A DNA stretch of 64,000 nucleotides, taken from Syntrophomonadaceae bacterium (GTDB lineage Bacteria; Bacillota; Dethiobacteria; DTU022). The notes under the pieces were generated by a model that saw only the letters and a list, made by a program, of their open reading frames with translations, ran no database searches and had not been told where the DNA came from. Below are positions 19,027-29,229 of this stretch, one piece after another. Where the stretch lies: NCBI GenBank assembly GCA_007130825.1, contig SLRT01000033.1, positions 489 to 64,488 on the forward strand, in the 5' to 3' direction. Every line of letters begins with the position of its first letter. Position 1 is the first letter of the stretch. Made by a program: the position numbers and the translations under genes.

Positions 19027-20256
19027 ATGTTATTACGCTCAGGGAGGAAAAGTATAATGATTGCCGGGAAACAGTATTGGATAGTTGCTTTCCTTTTGTC
19101 GCTAATTATTGCCGCTGTTTTCATTCTGCCGGTCTATGCTTTCACAACAGATGAAATTGATGCCAAACAGGAAGAGCTGGAGGAAGTGGAAAAGCGGCGC
19201 AGTGATCAGAAGAGCGCCCTTGAACAGCGACTGAACCATGAAGCCGCTCTTAAACAAGAGTTGAAAGAACTCGAAAATCGTATACAAGAGCTGCGAATGG
19301 AGCAGGAAAGGTTGGAGCAGGAAATTGCCGCTGTAAAAGAAGAAATCACTCACGCCGAGAGTGAACTGGCGGAAGCTGAAGAAAGACTCAGTCATCAGGA
19401 AGATCTGCTAAACCTCCGTTTAAGGGCAATCCAGCAGCATGGTGTGGTTTCCTACATCGAGGTTCTCTTTGATTCAAGCAGTTTCTCCGATTTTTTAACT
19501 CGTTTACATAATTTGAGCATTATCGCTTCAAATGATTTGCGGCTCCTTGAAGAAATTGAGGCTGAAAGAGATTTAGTTCAAGCCTGGAAGGACGAATTGG
19601 ATCAAAAAAAAGATGACCTGGAAAGCATGCACCGCCAGGTCGCTGCTAATGAAGAAGAAATAAAAGGCGCTTTAGAGGAACGCGAGCTTATCCTTGGTGA
19701 ATTACAGAAAGAGATAAACCAAAACCTGAAAGTAATTGAAGACCTGGAGGAAGAAGCCGAAAGGCTTGATTCGGAAATTCGCCGCCTAATTGCTGAAGCC
19801 GAGAGCCAGTTTAGCGGCGTTGAAGGTGAACTGCACTGGCCAATTGAACCTCCGACAACGATTACTTCAGGTTATGGCTGGCGCAGGGATCCGTTTAGTG
19901 GCAATCAGGCCTGGCATGGCGGTATTGATATTGCACCCCGCGGGGGGGCGGCCAATTATATTTTAGCAGCTGCCCTCGGCGAAGTTATTTATTCTGGTTG
20001 GAATGGTGGATATGGAAACTGTATAATGATCGATCACGGTGGCGGGACAGTTACCCTTTATGCCCACATGAGCAGCCTTTTAGTCGGAAAAGGTGATATA
20101 GTGGACCGGGGTGAACGTATTGCGCAGGCCGGCACGACCGGTTACAGCACCGGAGTCCATTTGCATTTTGAAGTGAGAGAGTACGAAAAGTCTCCGGTCC
20201 GCAATTACCCCAGCGGCTCGCCCGATCACCGCTATGATCCGATGGGATATTTTTAA
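19027..20256 (+). CDS. Coiled-coil M23 (LytM) peptidase, the likely FtsEX-controlled peptidoglycan hydrolase.
   Basis: Long coiled-coil region followed by a C-terminal M23 domain (HGGIDIA...GYSTGVHLHFEV). Confidence 0.8.
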   Translation: MLLRSGRKSIMIAGKQYWIVAFLLSLIIAAVFILPVYAFTTDEIDAKQEELEEVEKRRSDQKSALEQRLNHEAALKQELKELENRIQELRMEQERLEQEIAAVKEEITHAESELAEAEERLSHQEDLLNLRLRAIQQHGVVSYIEVLFDSSSFSDFLTRLHNLSIIASNDLRLLEEIEAERDLVQAWKDELDQKKDDLESMHRQVAANEEEIKGALEERELILGELQKEINQNLKVIEDLEEEAERLDSEIRRLIAEAESQFSGVEGELHWPIEPPTTITSGYGWRRDPFSGNQAWHGGIDIAPRGGAANYILAAALGEVIYSGWNGGYGNCIMIDHGGGTVTLYAHMSSLLVGKGDIVDRGERIAQAGTTGYSTGVHLHFEVREYEKSPVRNYPSGSPDHRYDPMGYF

Positions 20257-20283
20257 ATATCTGCTTTGTAGTAAAAGCTAACA

Positions 20284-20332
20284 ATCCAGCTATCACCGCT
20301 TTGAGATAATCCGGGATGGCTGGATATTTTTT
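20284..20332 (+). terminator. Terminator candidate after the M23 peptidase gene.
   Basis: ATCCAGC...GCTGGAT stem followed by ATTTTTT. Confidence 0.35.
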
Positions 20333-20462
20333 AGATCAGGTTTGTTAAGCTTACAGGCCCCGCGCAGTAAATACATGAGCTTTTTTTTATGTTATTATGG
20401 TTACCGGGTGTTTGAATGATGCAGCTTCAATAATAAGGTTTTCGGGGTGATGGGGGTTAAAA

Positions 20463-21950
20463 GTGATGGAAAGAACAGAAATTAAAATGCTGTATAAATG
20501 GTTGGTTATCTTTATAATTATGCTCATTGGGACGAATGCAGCTAATTATTATTTTTTTCCCGGAGGAGCTGATCCGGACCCCGTTGCTGACGAAGACTCC
20601 AAAACTATAATCAGATATGAGCCAAAAGAGCGTATGTTTGAATCCGAAACAGCAATATTTTGGGAAGCGTTGGAGTCGATCAACGATCATTACTTTTATC
20701 CCGTCGATATTGATGAACTTATCGAAGGGGCGGTTCGGGGGATGATCGATACTCTAGATGACCCCCAGGTCCGATTTTATGATCCCGGTGAACTGGAGGA
20801 ATTTCTTCTCGATACCAGGGGTTCATACGGAGGGGTCGGTATCCGTGTTATCGAAACAGACGAGGAGATCATTGTTTTTGAAGTATTTCCTGATACGCCG
20901 GCAGAAAGAAGTGGTCTAAATCCGGGAGATCTCATCTTGGAAGCTGATGGTTATACGCTGAGCGGAAAGGGTTTGGAGCGGGCCGTCGAGCTTTTACGGG
21001 GACCGAGCGATACTTCGGTTAATGTAAAGATCCAGCGGCCGGGGGCGGAAGATCCGATTGAGCTAACAATTACCAGGGAAGAAATCCAGGTGACCACGGT
21101 GTTCAGCGAAATGCTCGATGAAGGCCTGGGTTATATCAACATCACCAGTTTTGAGAGTAATACGGCCGGTGAGTTTATTGATAGCTTTCATGATCTGGAG
21201 CAAAAAGGCCTGAATAAAGGCTTAATACTGGACTTGCGCAATAATCGGGGTGGCCAGTTTGATCAGGCTGTGGCAGTGGCCAAACAGCTTGTTCCGGAGG
21301 GAGAGATTGCCAGACTGCTTGAAAGGGATCATAGTGTCAGGGAAGTATTTCATTCCAGCGCCGCGGAGAAACCTTATCTGATCGTGGTCCTGATCAATGC
21401 AGAGTCGGCCAGCGCTTCAGAGCTACTGGCCGGTGCCCTGCAGGACAGGGAAGCGGCCTACCTTGTTGGAAAAACTACTTATGGAAAAGCTTCAGTTCAG
21501 CGGCGCGTAGATCTCTCCGGCGGCAATGCCCTGATGCTAACCGTTTACAAATATTTAACTCCATCGGGGAGTAATATAGACAAACACGGGATTACCCCTG
21601 ACTTCAAAGTTGATATGCCTGAAATACTGAGCTATTACCGCTATTTCCACCCCGGCCGTCTGGACGTGGGAGACTTTGGGGCTGATGTAGAAATGTTACA
21701 GGACATACTTAAACAGCTCGGATACAAAGAAGAAAGCACCGGTTATTTCGACGAACAAACTTCGCAGGCTATTTCTGATTTTCAGCTGGATGCGGGAATT
21801 GAGCCCAGCGGGGTGTTTGATGATGTGACCTGGGTTGAGTTACGCCAGGCGCTTGACATAGTTTCGCGGGAGCAGGACGAACAGCTCAACTATGCCCGTG
21901 AATTAATCGGCAAAACCGACCTGGGGAACAAAGTTGGAGGAAATGAATAA
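20463..21950 (+). CDS. S41 carboxyl-terminal processing protease (CtpA/CtpB-like) with PDZ and a C-terminal peptidoglycan-binding domain.
   Basis: PDZ (GLNPGDLILEADG), S41 catalytic region, and a C-terminal PG_binding_1-like repeat (LQDILKQLGY...DFQLDAGI). Confidence 0.85.
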   Translation: MMERTEIKMLYKWLVIFIIMLIGTNAANYYFFPGGADPDPVADEDSKTIIRYEPKERMFESETAIFWEALESINDHYFYPVDIDELIEGAVRGMIDTLDDPQVRFYDPGELEEFLLDTRGSYGGVGIRVIETDEEIIVFEVFPDTPAERSGLNPGDLILEADGYTLSGKGLERAVELLRGPSDTSVNVKIQRPGAEDPIELTITREEIQVTTVFSEMLDEGLGYINITSFESNTAGEFIDSFHDLEQKGLNKGLILDLRNNRGGQFDQAVAVAKQLVPEGEIARLLERDHSVREVFHSSAAEKPYLIVVLINAESASASELLAGALQDREAAYLVGKTTYGKASVQRRVDLSGGNALMLTVYKYLTPSGSNIDKHGITPDFKVDMPEILSYYRYFHPGRLDVGDFGADVEMLQDILKQLGYKEESTGYFDEQTSQAISDFQLDAGIEPSGVFDDVTWVELRQALDIVSREQDEQLNYARELIGKTDLGNKVGGNE

Positions 21951-21953
21951 CCG

Positions 21954-23330
21954 ATGCAGCCATTACTTGAAATAAGCCAGATATTTATCACTACGTTCCT
22001 GTTTGCTTTTATCATGCCCATTTTCTGGATAGTGCTGTTTTTGGTTTACCTGCAATACAGACGCCAGGCTGCCACTGAAAAGCAACTTTTTGGACGAAGT
22101 ATAAACGGGGTTGGCAAACAAATGTTTATGTCGATTGGGCTGGGACTTGTGGGCGGCTTTGCGGCCAGCGCCGTGCTGGTCTTCATGGGTCTGTCCCTGG
22201 AGCAGATAGGTCTTTATTTTATCTGGCCGGTTGCCCTGCTTTTGCTTTTGGTTAATCCCCGCTATTTGTGCTTTTCTTATGCCGGTGGTATTGTTGCTGC
22301 AATGGTTTTGCTTGCCCGCTATATTATAGTTCCCCTGTTTCCAGTTTTATCGGAAAATGTTGTTTTTGAATCACTGCTTAGAATTCATATTCCGGCTTTA
22401 TTGGTGTTGATCGGGCTGCTTCATTTGATTGAGGCCATGTTAATTTATTGCGGCGGACACTGGGGGAGCAGTCCGGTATACCTGAAGAAAGATGATGGCG
22501 AAGTGGTTGGTGCATTTTCGTTGCAGCGTTTTTGGCCACTGCCTCTGGTGGCTTTGCTGGCTACTGTAGTTGCGCAGCCTGAAATTGTGGGAGTCAGCAT
22601 GCCGGAATGGTGGCCGATTCTCCAAACAACCCTGCAGCCCGGGGAGGGTGAAAGCCTGCAGTATATGATCGTACCGGTAGCGGCCGGTCTTGGTTATGGT
22701 GATATGGTTATTTCTTCGACTCCCCGTGAAAGGACCACTTTTTCAGCCAAACACCTGGCTTTTTACAGCCTGGCGCTTCTTATCCTGGCTGTCGGGTCGG
22801 AGTTTTTTTCGCCACTCGTCCTGCTTGGTGTGATTTTTGCTCCCCTGGGCCACGAAATGTTGATTTTGTATGGAAAAAAGAAAGAGGAAAGCCGACCACC
22901 ACGCTATCGTCAGGGAGAAGCTGGAGTGACCTTAATGATGGTATTACCGGGAACTTCTGCTTGTGAATCCGGCTTACTTCAAGACGATGTGATTCTTCGA
23001 GTTAACGGTGATCCGGTAACTGACAACCGGGATCTTCTTGAAAAGATTGAGGCCAGTTATTTTATGGTTTTTTTGGAAGGGGCCCGCGGCGGTAAACCGT
23101 TTTCTGTGGTATTGAAAAAAAAGACCAGGGAAGAATTAAATGGTAAAGATTCTTTTCCTGACAGGTTAAAATCATCCCGTTTAAGTTATTCGCTGTTACA
23201 CCGCAGTACAGAGTTAGGGCTGATTCCAGTTCCTGCTTCGGATTCGGGCGTTTATCTCGAACTTCGCAAACCGGATCCTTTAGCTGGATTTAAACGCTTA
23301 CGGCAAAAAATTAAGAGGGTAAGCATATGA
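21954..23330 (+). CDS. Polytopic membrane protein with a C-terminal PDZ domain. It is S2P-like but has no HExxH motif.
   Basis: About 8 predicted TM helices and a PDZ-like segment VLPGTSACESGLLQDDVILRVNGDPV. No metalloprotease motif was found. Confidence 0.55.
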   Translation: MQPLLEISQIFITTFLFAFIMPIFWIVLFLVYLQYRRQAATEKQLFGRSINGVGKQMFMSIGLGLVGGFAASAVLVFMGLSLEQIGLYFIWPVALLLLLVNPRYLCFSYAGGIVAAMVLLARYIIVPLFPVLSENVVFESLLRIHIPALLVLIGLLHLIEAMLIYCGGHWGSSPVYLKKDDGEVVGAFSLQRFWPLPLVALLATVVAQPEIVGVSMPEWWPILQTTLQPGEGESLQYMIVPVAAGLGYGDMVISSTPRERTTFSAKHLAFYSLALLILAVGSEFFSPLVLLGVIFAPLGHEMLILYGKKKEESRPPRYRQGEAGVTLMMVLPGTSACESGLLQDDVILRVNGDPVTDNRDLLEKIEASYFMVFLEGARGGKPFSVVLKKKTREELNGKDSFPDRLKSSRLSYSLLHRSTELGLIPVPASDSGVYLELRKPDPLAGFKRLRQKIKRVSI

Positions 23331-23486
23331 TAAAAAGAGGGAGTATTTCGCAAATAAATTAAATAACTTTTTTGCGCTCCGTAATTAAGCGGAAACGTAA
23401 AGTTAGGCATATGTAAGCAAACTCAGATCGTTCCTGAGCAAGATTATCAGCCATCTACAAACATATTGTCCCGGGAGGTCCAGTTA

Positions 23487-24054
23487 TTGTTAGCCGCAGC
23501 CGCAGCTGCTTTTATCACTGTATTTATTGCCGAATTTGGTGATAAAACCCAGCTGGTATCTTTAACCATGGCTTGCCGGTATCCACCCCGGCAGGTCCTG
23601 GCCGGAGCGATAATCGCCCTGGCAGCTGTTATCGGCCTTGCCGTAGGAGTCGGAGATGTTCTTTCCGCAGTTATCCCCCGGTTTGTGGTCGTTTTAATTT
23701 CAGGACTGTTTTTTATTGTCATCGGTTTGTTTAGTTACTTTAGCCGGGACATAAAAGTTAAAGAGTACTCGGCCGGTGCCGGATTATTGCAGACTATAGG
23801 CCTGGTCTTCGTAGCCTAATTTGGTGATAAAGACTCAACTGGCAGTGATGTTCCTGGTTGCCAGTTTTGGTTATCCTGTCTCAGTCTTTGCCGGTGCTAT
23901 GGCGGCCATGTTTTTTAACTATCTGCTCGCGGTTTACCTGGGCAGCCGGATTATTTCCCGCTTTAATCCCCGCCTGCTTAAGGTTGGCACTGCCTGGTTG
24001 TTTATTGCAATCGGTACGATTATTATTATAATGGAAGCAGGATCAGGCCTCTAA
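23487..24054 (+). pseudogene. UPF0016 (GDT1/TMEM165/MneA) family two-domain cation transporter gene, disrupted at the second E-x-G-D-K-T motif by an in-frame TAA plus a 1-nt insertion.
   Basis: Domain 1 is FIAEFGDKTQLVSL. At 23814-23840 the reading is VA-TAA-FGDK then a +1 frame change into TQLAVMFLVAS..., the expected second-domain motif. Probable TTG start 23487 with RBS GGGAGG. Confidence 0.6.
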
Positions 24055-24112
24055 CTATGTTATAATTGATCTTAAGCGTCGACAAACAAGCCGCTGAACG
24101 GGAGGTGCCGAT

Positions 24113-26095
24113 ATGTCCGGCAGCAGTGGCTTTAAAATCCGAGCTGACTTTAAACCTACAGGAGATCAACCGGTGGCCATCGAAACCCTGGTGCACGGTT
24201 TAGACCAGGGTTCTCGTTACCAGACCCTGCTCGGTGTAACAGGCTCAGGAAAAACCTTTACCATTGCCAATGTGATCGAGCGAGTTCAGCGTCCAACCCT
24301 GGTAATGGCACCAAATAAAATATTGGCTGCGCAGCTTTGCAGCGAATTCAAAGAGCTTTTTCCGGAAAATGCGGTTGAATACTTTATCAGCTATTATGAT
24401 TATTATCAGCCGGAAGCTTATATCCCCCAGAGCGATACATTTATTGAGAAAGATTCATCGATTAACGATGAGATCGACAAGCTGCGCCACTCGGCTACCA
24501 GCGCTCTCCTGGAGCGTTCTGATGTGATAATCGTAGCTTCCGTATCCTGTATTTATGGACTTGGTTCACCGCATGAATACATGGAGCAGGTGCTTTCTTT
24601 GCGGCCGGGAGCAGGGTTGACCCGGGATGAAATAATCAACCGCCTGGTTGATATCCATTATCAACGCAATGAAATAGATTTTCACCGTGGCACTTTCCGG
24701 GTTCGGGGTGATGTTATCGAGATTATACCTGCTTCATATTCTGAAGCGGCGCTTAGGGTAGAACTCTTTGGCGATGAAATTGAGCGGCTGCGAGAAATTG
24801 ACCTGGTCAGCGGTAAGGTTATCGGTGAACGTTCTCATGTGGCAATATTCCCGGCCACTCATTATGTTACCGCGCCCGACCAGCTACAGCGGGCGGTTGC
24901 CGATATCGAGGCAGAATTGCGGGAGCGGCTTGCCTGTTTCAGGAGCGAGAACAAGCTGCTTGAAGCCCAGCGGCTGGAACAGCGGACCCTTTTTGACTTG
25001 GAGATGCTGCAGGAGATCGGTTTTTGCAGCGGCATTGAAAATTATTCACGGCACCTGGACGGGCGCCCCAAAGGCAGCCGTCCGGCCACCCTGATGGACT
25101 ATTTCCCACCGGAAATGCTGGTCGTAATTGATGAATCGCATATAACCATTCCCCAGATCAACGGGATGTACCGCGGAGACTTTTCGCGCAAGAGCACCCT
25201 TGTCGAACACGGTTTCAGGCTGCCTTCTGCGCTTGACAACCGGCCCCTGAATTTTGGGGAATTTGAATCCCTGGTCAACCAGGCTGTACTGGTTTCGGCC
25301 ACACCGGGACCGTGGGAGCTCGAGCACAGCGAGGCGGTCGTGGAGCAGATTATCCGGCCTACCGGCCTGGCCGATCCTGTGGTGGAAGTCAGGCCGGCAG
25401 AAGGCCAGGTTGACGATCTCTACGGAGAGATCAGGGCCAGGGCTGAAGCCGGACAAAGGGTCCTGGTTACGACTATGACCAAGCGGATGGCTGAGGATCT
25501 TACAGAGTATTACCGGAACATGGAGATAAAGGTGCGCTATATGCATTCCGAGATCGCTGCTCTGGAAAGAATGAGTATTATCAGGGGCCTGCGTCTCGGT
25601 GAGTTCGATGTTCTGATCGGGATTAACCTTCTCCGTGAAGGCCTCGACCTGCCCGAGGTCACCCTGGTCGCAATTTTAGATGCCGACAAAGAAGGGTTTT
25701 TAAGGTCGGATCGTTCATTGATCCAGACCATCGGACGCACTGCCCGTAACGTTGAGGGCCGGGTAATTATGTATGCAGCAGAGGTTACACCTTCCATGCG
25801 TCGGGCTATAGATGAAACGGAACGGCGCCGTATAAAACAGCTGGCATACAACAGGCAATATGATATTACCCCGCAGACCATAGTCAAGCCGATCCGGGCT
25901 TTGATCGAGGCTACGGCGGTCACGGAAGAAACCGGGCGTTACCAGGTTGATGATCTTAAAAAAGTTGAAGCAGGGAAGCGCCGGAAAATGATAAAAGAAC
26001 TGCGCAAAGAAATGAACCAGGCTTCCAAAGAACTGGCCTTTGAAAGAGCGGCGGAACTGCGCGATATGATCTTTGAGCTGGAGAAGCAAGACTAA
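24113..26095 (+). CDS. uvrB: Excinuclease ABC subunit B.
   Basis: [10 protein letters not shown], helicase motifs, C-terminal UVR domain ([13 protein letters not shown]). Confidence 0.95.
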   Translation: MSGSSGFKIRADFKPTGDQPVAIETLVHGLDQGSRYQTLLGVTGSGKTFTIANVIERVQRPTLVMAPNKILAAQLCSEFKELFPENAVEYFISYYDYYQPEAYIPQSDTFIEKDSSINDEIDKLRHSATSALLERSDVIIVASVSCIYGLGSPHEYMEQVLSLRPGAGLTRDEIINRLVDIHYQRNEIDFHRGTFRVRGDVIEIIPASYSEAALRVELFGDEIERLREIDLVSGKVIGERSHVAIFPATHYVTAPDQLQRAVADIEAELRERLACFRSENKLLEAQRLEQRTLFDLEMLQEIGFCSGIENYSRHLDGRPKGSRPATLMDYFPPEMLVVIDESHITIPQINGMYRGDFSRKSTLVEHGFRLPSALDNRPLNFGEFESLVNQAVLVSATPGPWELEHSEAVVEQIIRPTGLADPVVEVRPAEGQVDDLYGEIRARAEAGQRVLVTTMTKRMAEDLTEYYRNMEIKVRYMHSEIAALERMSIIRGLRLGEFDVLIGINLLREGLDLPEVTLVAILDADKEGFLRSDRSLIQTIGRTARNVEGRVIMYAAEVTPSMRRAIDETERRRIKQLAYNRQYDITPQTIVKPIRALIEATAVTEETGRYQVDDLKKVEAGKRRKMIKELRKEMNQASKELAFERAAELRDMIFELEKQD

Positions 26096-26156
26096 CCAGC
26101 GAACGGGACGGCTCTTGTGCCTGGTCTGTTAAAAATATTTGAACGAGGTGACCGAT

Positions 26157-28991
26157 TTGTCAGTTGGAGAAATTGTTATCCGCGGGGCGCGTGAACACAA
26201 TTTGAAAAATATTAACCTGGTCCTGCCCCGCAACCAGTTTATGGTATTTACCGGTCTGAGCGGCTCGGGAAAGTCTTCCCTGGCTTTTGATACAATATAT
26301 GCAGAGGGACAGCGTCGCTATGTCGAATCACTTTCAGCCTATGCAAGGCAATTTCTGGGACAAATGGTAAAACCTGATATAGACCAGATTGAAGGCCTTT
26401 CACCGGCGATTTCGATTGATCAAAAAACATCATCCCGCAATCCGCGTTCCACGGTGGGCACGGTAACGGAAGTGTATGATTATGTTCGCCTTCTTTTTGC
26501 CCGGATTGGTAATCCACACTGCCCACGCTGTGAAAAACCGATCAGCCAGCAAACAGTGCAGCAGATTGTTGATCAAGTAGCCGGTATGCCGGATGGAACG
26601 CGTATTCAGGTTCTTGCTCCCCTGGTCAGTGGCCGTAAAGGGGAGTATTCGCAGCTTTTTGAAGAAATGAGCCGCAAGGGTTATGTTCGGGTCAGGGTCG
26701 ACGGAGAAGTCCGTGAACTGGAAGAAGAAATCAAGCTTGACCGGCAAAAAAAACATTCCATCGAAGTTGTTGTCGATCGACTGATCATCCGGGAAGGTAT
26801 CCAGGCCCGCCTGGCTGATTCACTGGAAAATGCTCTAAAACTCAGTGAAGGCCTGGTCCTGGTCCAGGAAGTTGACGGTGGCGAACAGCTCTTCAGCGAG
26901 AATTTTGCCTGTGCTGAATGCGGTTTCAGCTTTGAAGAGATCAGCCCGCGAATATTTTCATTTAACAGTCCTTACGGGGCCTGCCCTGAATGCAGCGGCC
27001 TGGGCAACAAAGCAGAATTTTCTGCTGACCTGGTTATTCCCCACCCCGAATTGTCGCTGCGCGAAGGAGCTGTTCATCCCTGGTCCGGTCAAAACTATTA
27101 TCAGCAGTTTATGGAAGCGGCGGCGAAGGCATGGGGCGTGGATTTGGATACACCTTTCCAAGAACTTGCTCCGGAAGAGCAGCACAGGATTCTTTATGGT
27201 GCGTCGGAGAAAATCAATTTCCGTTATGTAAATATGTTTAAAAGAGTTCGTCACTATAAAAAAGCATTTCCCGGGGTGCTTAAGCTCCTGGAGAGACGTT
27301 ATGCTTCGACAACTTCCGAAGAGATGCGAGATGATATGGAGCGCTTTATGCAGGTTAAACCTTGTCCCGCCTGTGCAGGAAAACGTCTGAAGCCTTCCAG
27401 CCTTGCTGTTTTGCTGGGCGGTTGTAATATTGCAGAGGTCTCGGCTTTGACCGTTGAACAGGCAGCCGGTTTTTTTGAGCAGCTGCAGCTTACTTCGCGC
27501 GAAGAACATATTGCCCGCCAGGTGCTGAAAGAAATTGCTGAGCGCCTGCAGTTTTTACGCAATGTCGGCCTGCAGTACCTCAACCTTGACCGGGCAGCAT
27601 CGACTCTTTCCGGCGGAGAAGCACAGCGGATCAGGCTGGCCACTCAGATTGGTTCCGGCCTGACCGGTGTAATCTATATTCTGGATGAACCTTCCATCGG
27701 CCTGCACCAGAGGGACAATGCCCGCTTGATCACCACCCTGAAAGCGCTGCGTGATCTCGGTAATACAGTCCTTGTAGTCGAACATGACGAGGAAACCATC
27801 CGCAGCGCTGATCACCTGGTCGATATCGGGCCGGGGGCAGGTGCCGCCGGAGGCAGGATTGTCGCCCAGGGGACAGTGGAGGAAATTACCCGGGCAGCGG
27901 ATTCCATTACTGGGGACTATTTAGCCGGCCGGCGTTCCGTTGCCGTTCCGGAACAGAGGCGTGCTGCAAATGATCGCTGGTTGTGGATACGAGGAGCCCG
28001 GGAACACAACCTGAAAAATATCGACGTGGGTATCCCGCTTGGCCTTTTTATCTGTGTTGCCGGCGTATCAGGTTCGGGGAAAAGCACCCTGATCAATGAA
28101 ATATTAGCCCGTGCCCTGGCTCGAAAACTGCACCGCTCAAGGGAACAGGCCGGGAAGCACAGAGGCCTGGATGGAGTGGAATATCTTGACAAGGTGATCG
28201 TTATTAACCAGTCTCCGATCGGACGGACGCCGCGGTCCAATCCGGCAACCTATACCGGCTTGTTTGACGGTATTCGCGAGCTGTTTGCCAAAACCGCTGA
28301 ATCACGTCGCCGGGGGTATAAACCGGGACGCTTTAGCTTTAATGTCAAGGGTGGGCGTTGTGAGGCCTGCCGTGGTGACGGCATTTTGCGGATTGAAATG
28401 CACTTTTTACCCGACGTCTATGTTCCCTGCGAAGTGTGCCGGGGCAAGCGCTATAACCGGGAAACCCTGGAAGTGCGTTATAAAGAAAAAAATATTGCCG
28501 ATGTCCTGGATATGACTGTTGAAGAAGCGCTTGATTTTTTCTCGGCTATTCCGAAAGTGCAGCGTAAACTGCAGCTGCTTTATGACGTGGGGCTTGGTTA
28601 CATCAGGCTTGGGCAGCCGGCGACCACCCTTTCCGGCGGCGAAGCCCAGCGGGTTAAGCTGGCTACGGAGCTGTCAAGGCGCAGCAACGGGCGCAGCCTC
28701 TATATCCTGGATGAACCGACTACCGGCTTGCACCTTGATGATATAAACAAGTTACTGGTTATTCTTGATCGGCTGGTTGAAAGCGGCAACACGGTGGTGG
28801 TTATTGAACATAACCTGGAAGTACTTAAACGGGCAGATCATATTATCGATCTCGGCCCGGAAGGCGGAGACGAAGGCGGCCGGGTTGTCGCCACAGGTTC
28901 CCCCGAAGAGGTGGCTTCCTGCAAAGTATCATACACCGGCCAATGGCTGGCTGGTATTCTGCCGGAAAAGCTGCCGGCAGCGGAAATTTGA
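26157..28991 (+). CDS. uvrA: Excinuclease ABC subunit A.
   Basis: Two ABC modules ([18 protein letters not shown]) and zinc fingers CxxC. RBS GAGGTG before TTG 26157, giving [18 protein letters not shown]. The track ORF starts at TTG 26139. Confidence 0.95.
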   Translation: MSVGEIVIRGAREHNLKNINLVLPRNQFMVFTGLSGSGKSSLAFDTIYAEGQRRYVESLSAYARQFLGQMVKPDIDQIEGLSPAISIDQKTSSRNPRSTVGTVTEVYDYVRLLFARIGNPHCPRCEKPISQQTVQQIVDQVAGMPDGTRIQVLAPLVSGRKGEYSQLFEEMSRKGYVRVRVDGEVRELEEEIKLDRQKKHSIEVVVDRLIIREGIQARLADSLENALKLSEGLVLVQEVDGGEQLFSENFACAECGFSFEEISPRIFSFNSPYGACPECSGLGNKAEFSADLVIPHPELSLREGAVHPWSGQNYYQQFMEAAAKAWGVDLDTPFQELAPEEQHRILYGASEKINFRYVNMFKRVRHYKKAFPGVLKLLERRYASTTSEEMRDDMERFMQVKPCPACAGKRLKPSSLAVLLGGCNIAEVSALTVEQAAGFFEQLQLTSREEHIARQVLKEIAERLQFLRNVGLQYLNLDRAASTLSGGEAQRIRLATQIGSGLTGVIYILDEPSIGLHQRDNARLITTLKALRDLGNTVLVVEHDEETIRSADHLVDIGPGAGAAGGRIVAQGTVEEITRAADSITGDYLAGRRSVAVPEQRRAANDRWLWIRGAREHNLKNIDVGIPLGLFICVAGVSGSGKSTLINEILARALARKLHRSREQAGKHRGLDGVEYLDKVIVINQSPIGRTPRSNPATYTGLFDGIRELFAKTAESRRRGYKPGRFSFNVKGGRCEACRGDGILRIEMHFLPDVYVPCEVCRGKRYNRETLEVRYKEKNIADVLDMTVEEALDFFSAIPKVQRKLQLLYDVGLGYIRLGQPATTLSGGEAQRVKLATELSRRSNGRSLYILDEPTTGLHLDDINKLLVILDRLVESGNTVVVIEHNLEVLKRADHIIDLGPEGGDEGGRVVATGSPEEVASCKVSYTGQWLAGILPEKLPAAEI

Positions 28992-29229
28992 GCAGCCAGT
29001 CTGACAAACAAGAAGTTTTAAGTGAACTTAAAAAAATAAGATCCACAAATAAATTAATAAACCGAAACGACCCAAAACCCGGACCTAAACTTATCCTAGT
29101 TAAATGAGTAGTCTTAGTAGTTCCGGTTATTTTTCCGGTCTTGATTTCTGATCCTGCCCGGCAAGTCGGGACAACCGGGAAAACGCGGCTGATCCGGTCT
29201 GTTAAAGTATTTCCATGGAGAGAATAGAT

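Noticed and set aside
23340-23486. A possible yybP-ykoY manganese riboswitch upstream of the UPF0016 transporter gene.
   Set aside because: I looked for it because UPF0016/MneA genes are often controlled by this riboswitch. Only a simple hairpin (CTCAG...CTGAG) is present and none of the conserved GGGGAGTAG-type blocks.
24055-26160. LexA (Cheo box, CGAAC-N4-GTTCG) operators upstream of uvrB and uvrA.
   Set aside because: No convincing GAAC-N4-GTTC palindrome was found in either upstream region. SOS control cannot be asserted from the sequence.
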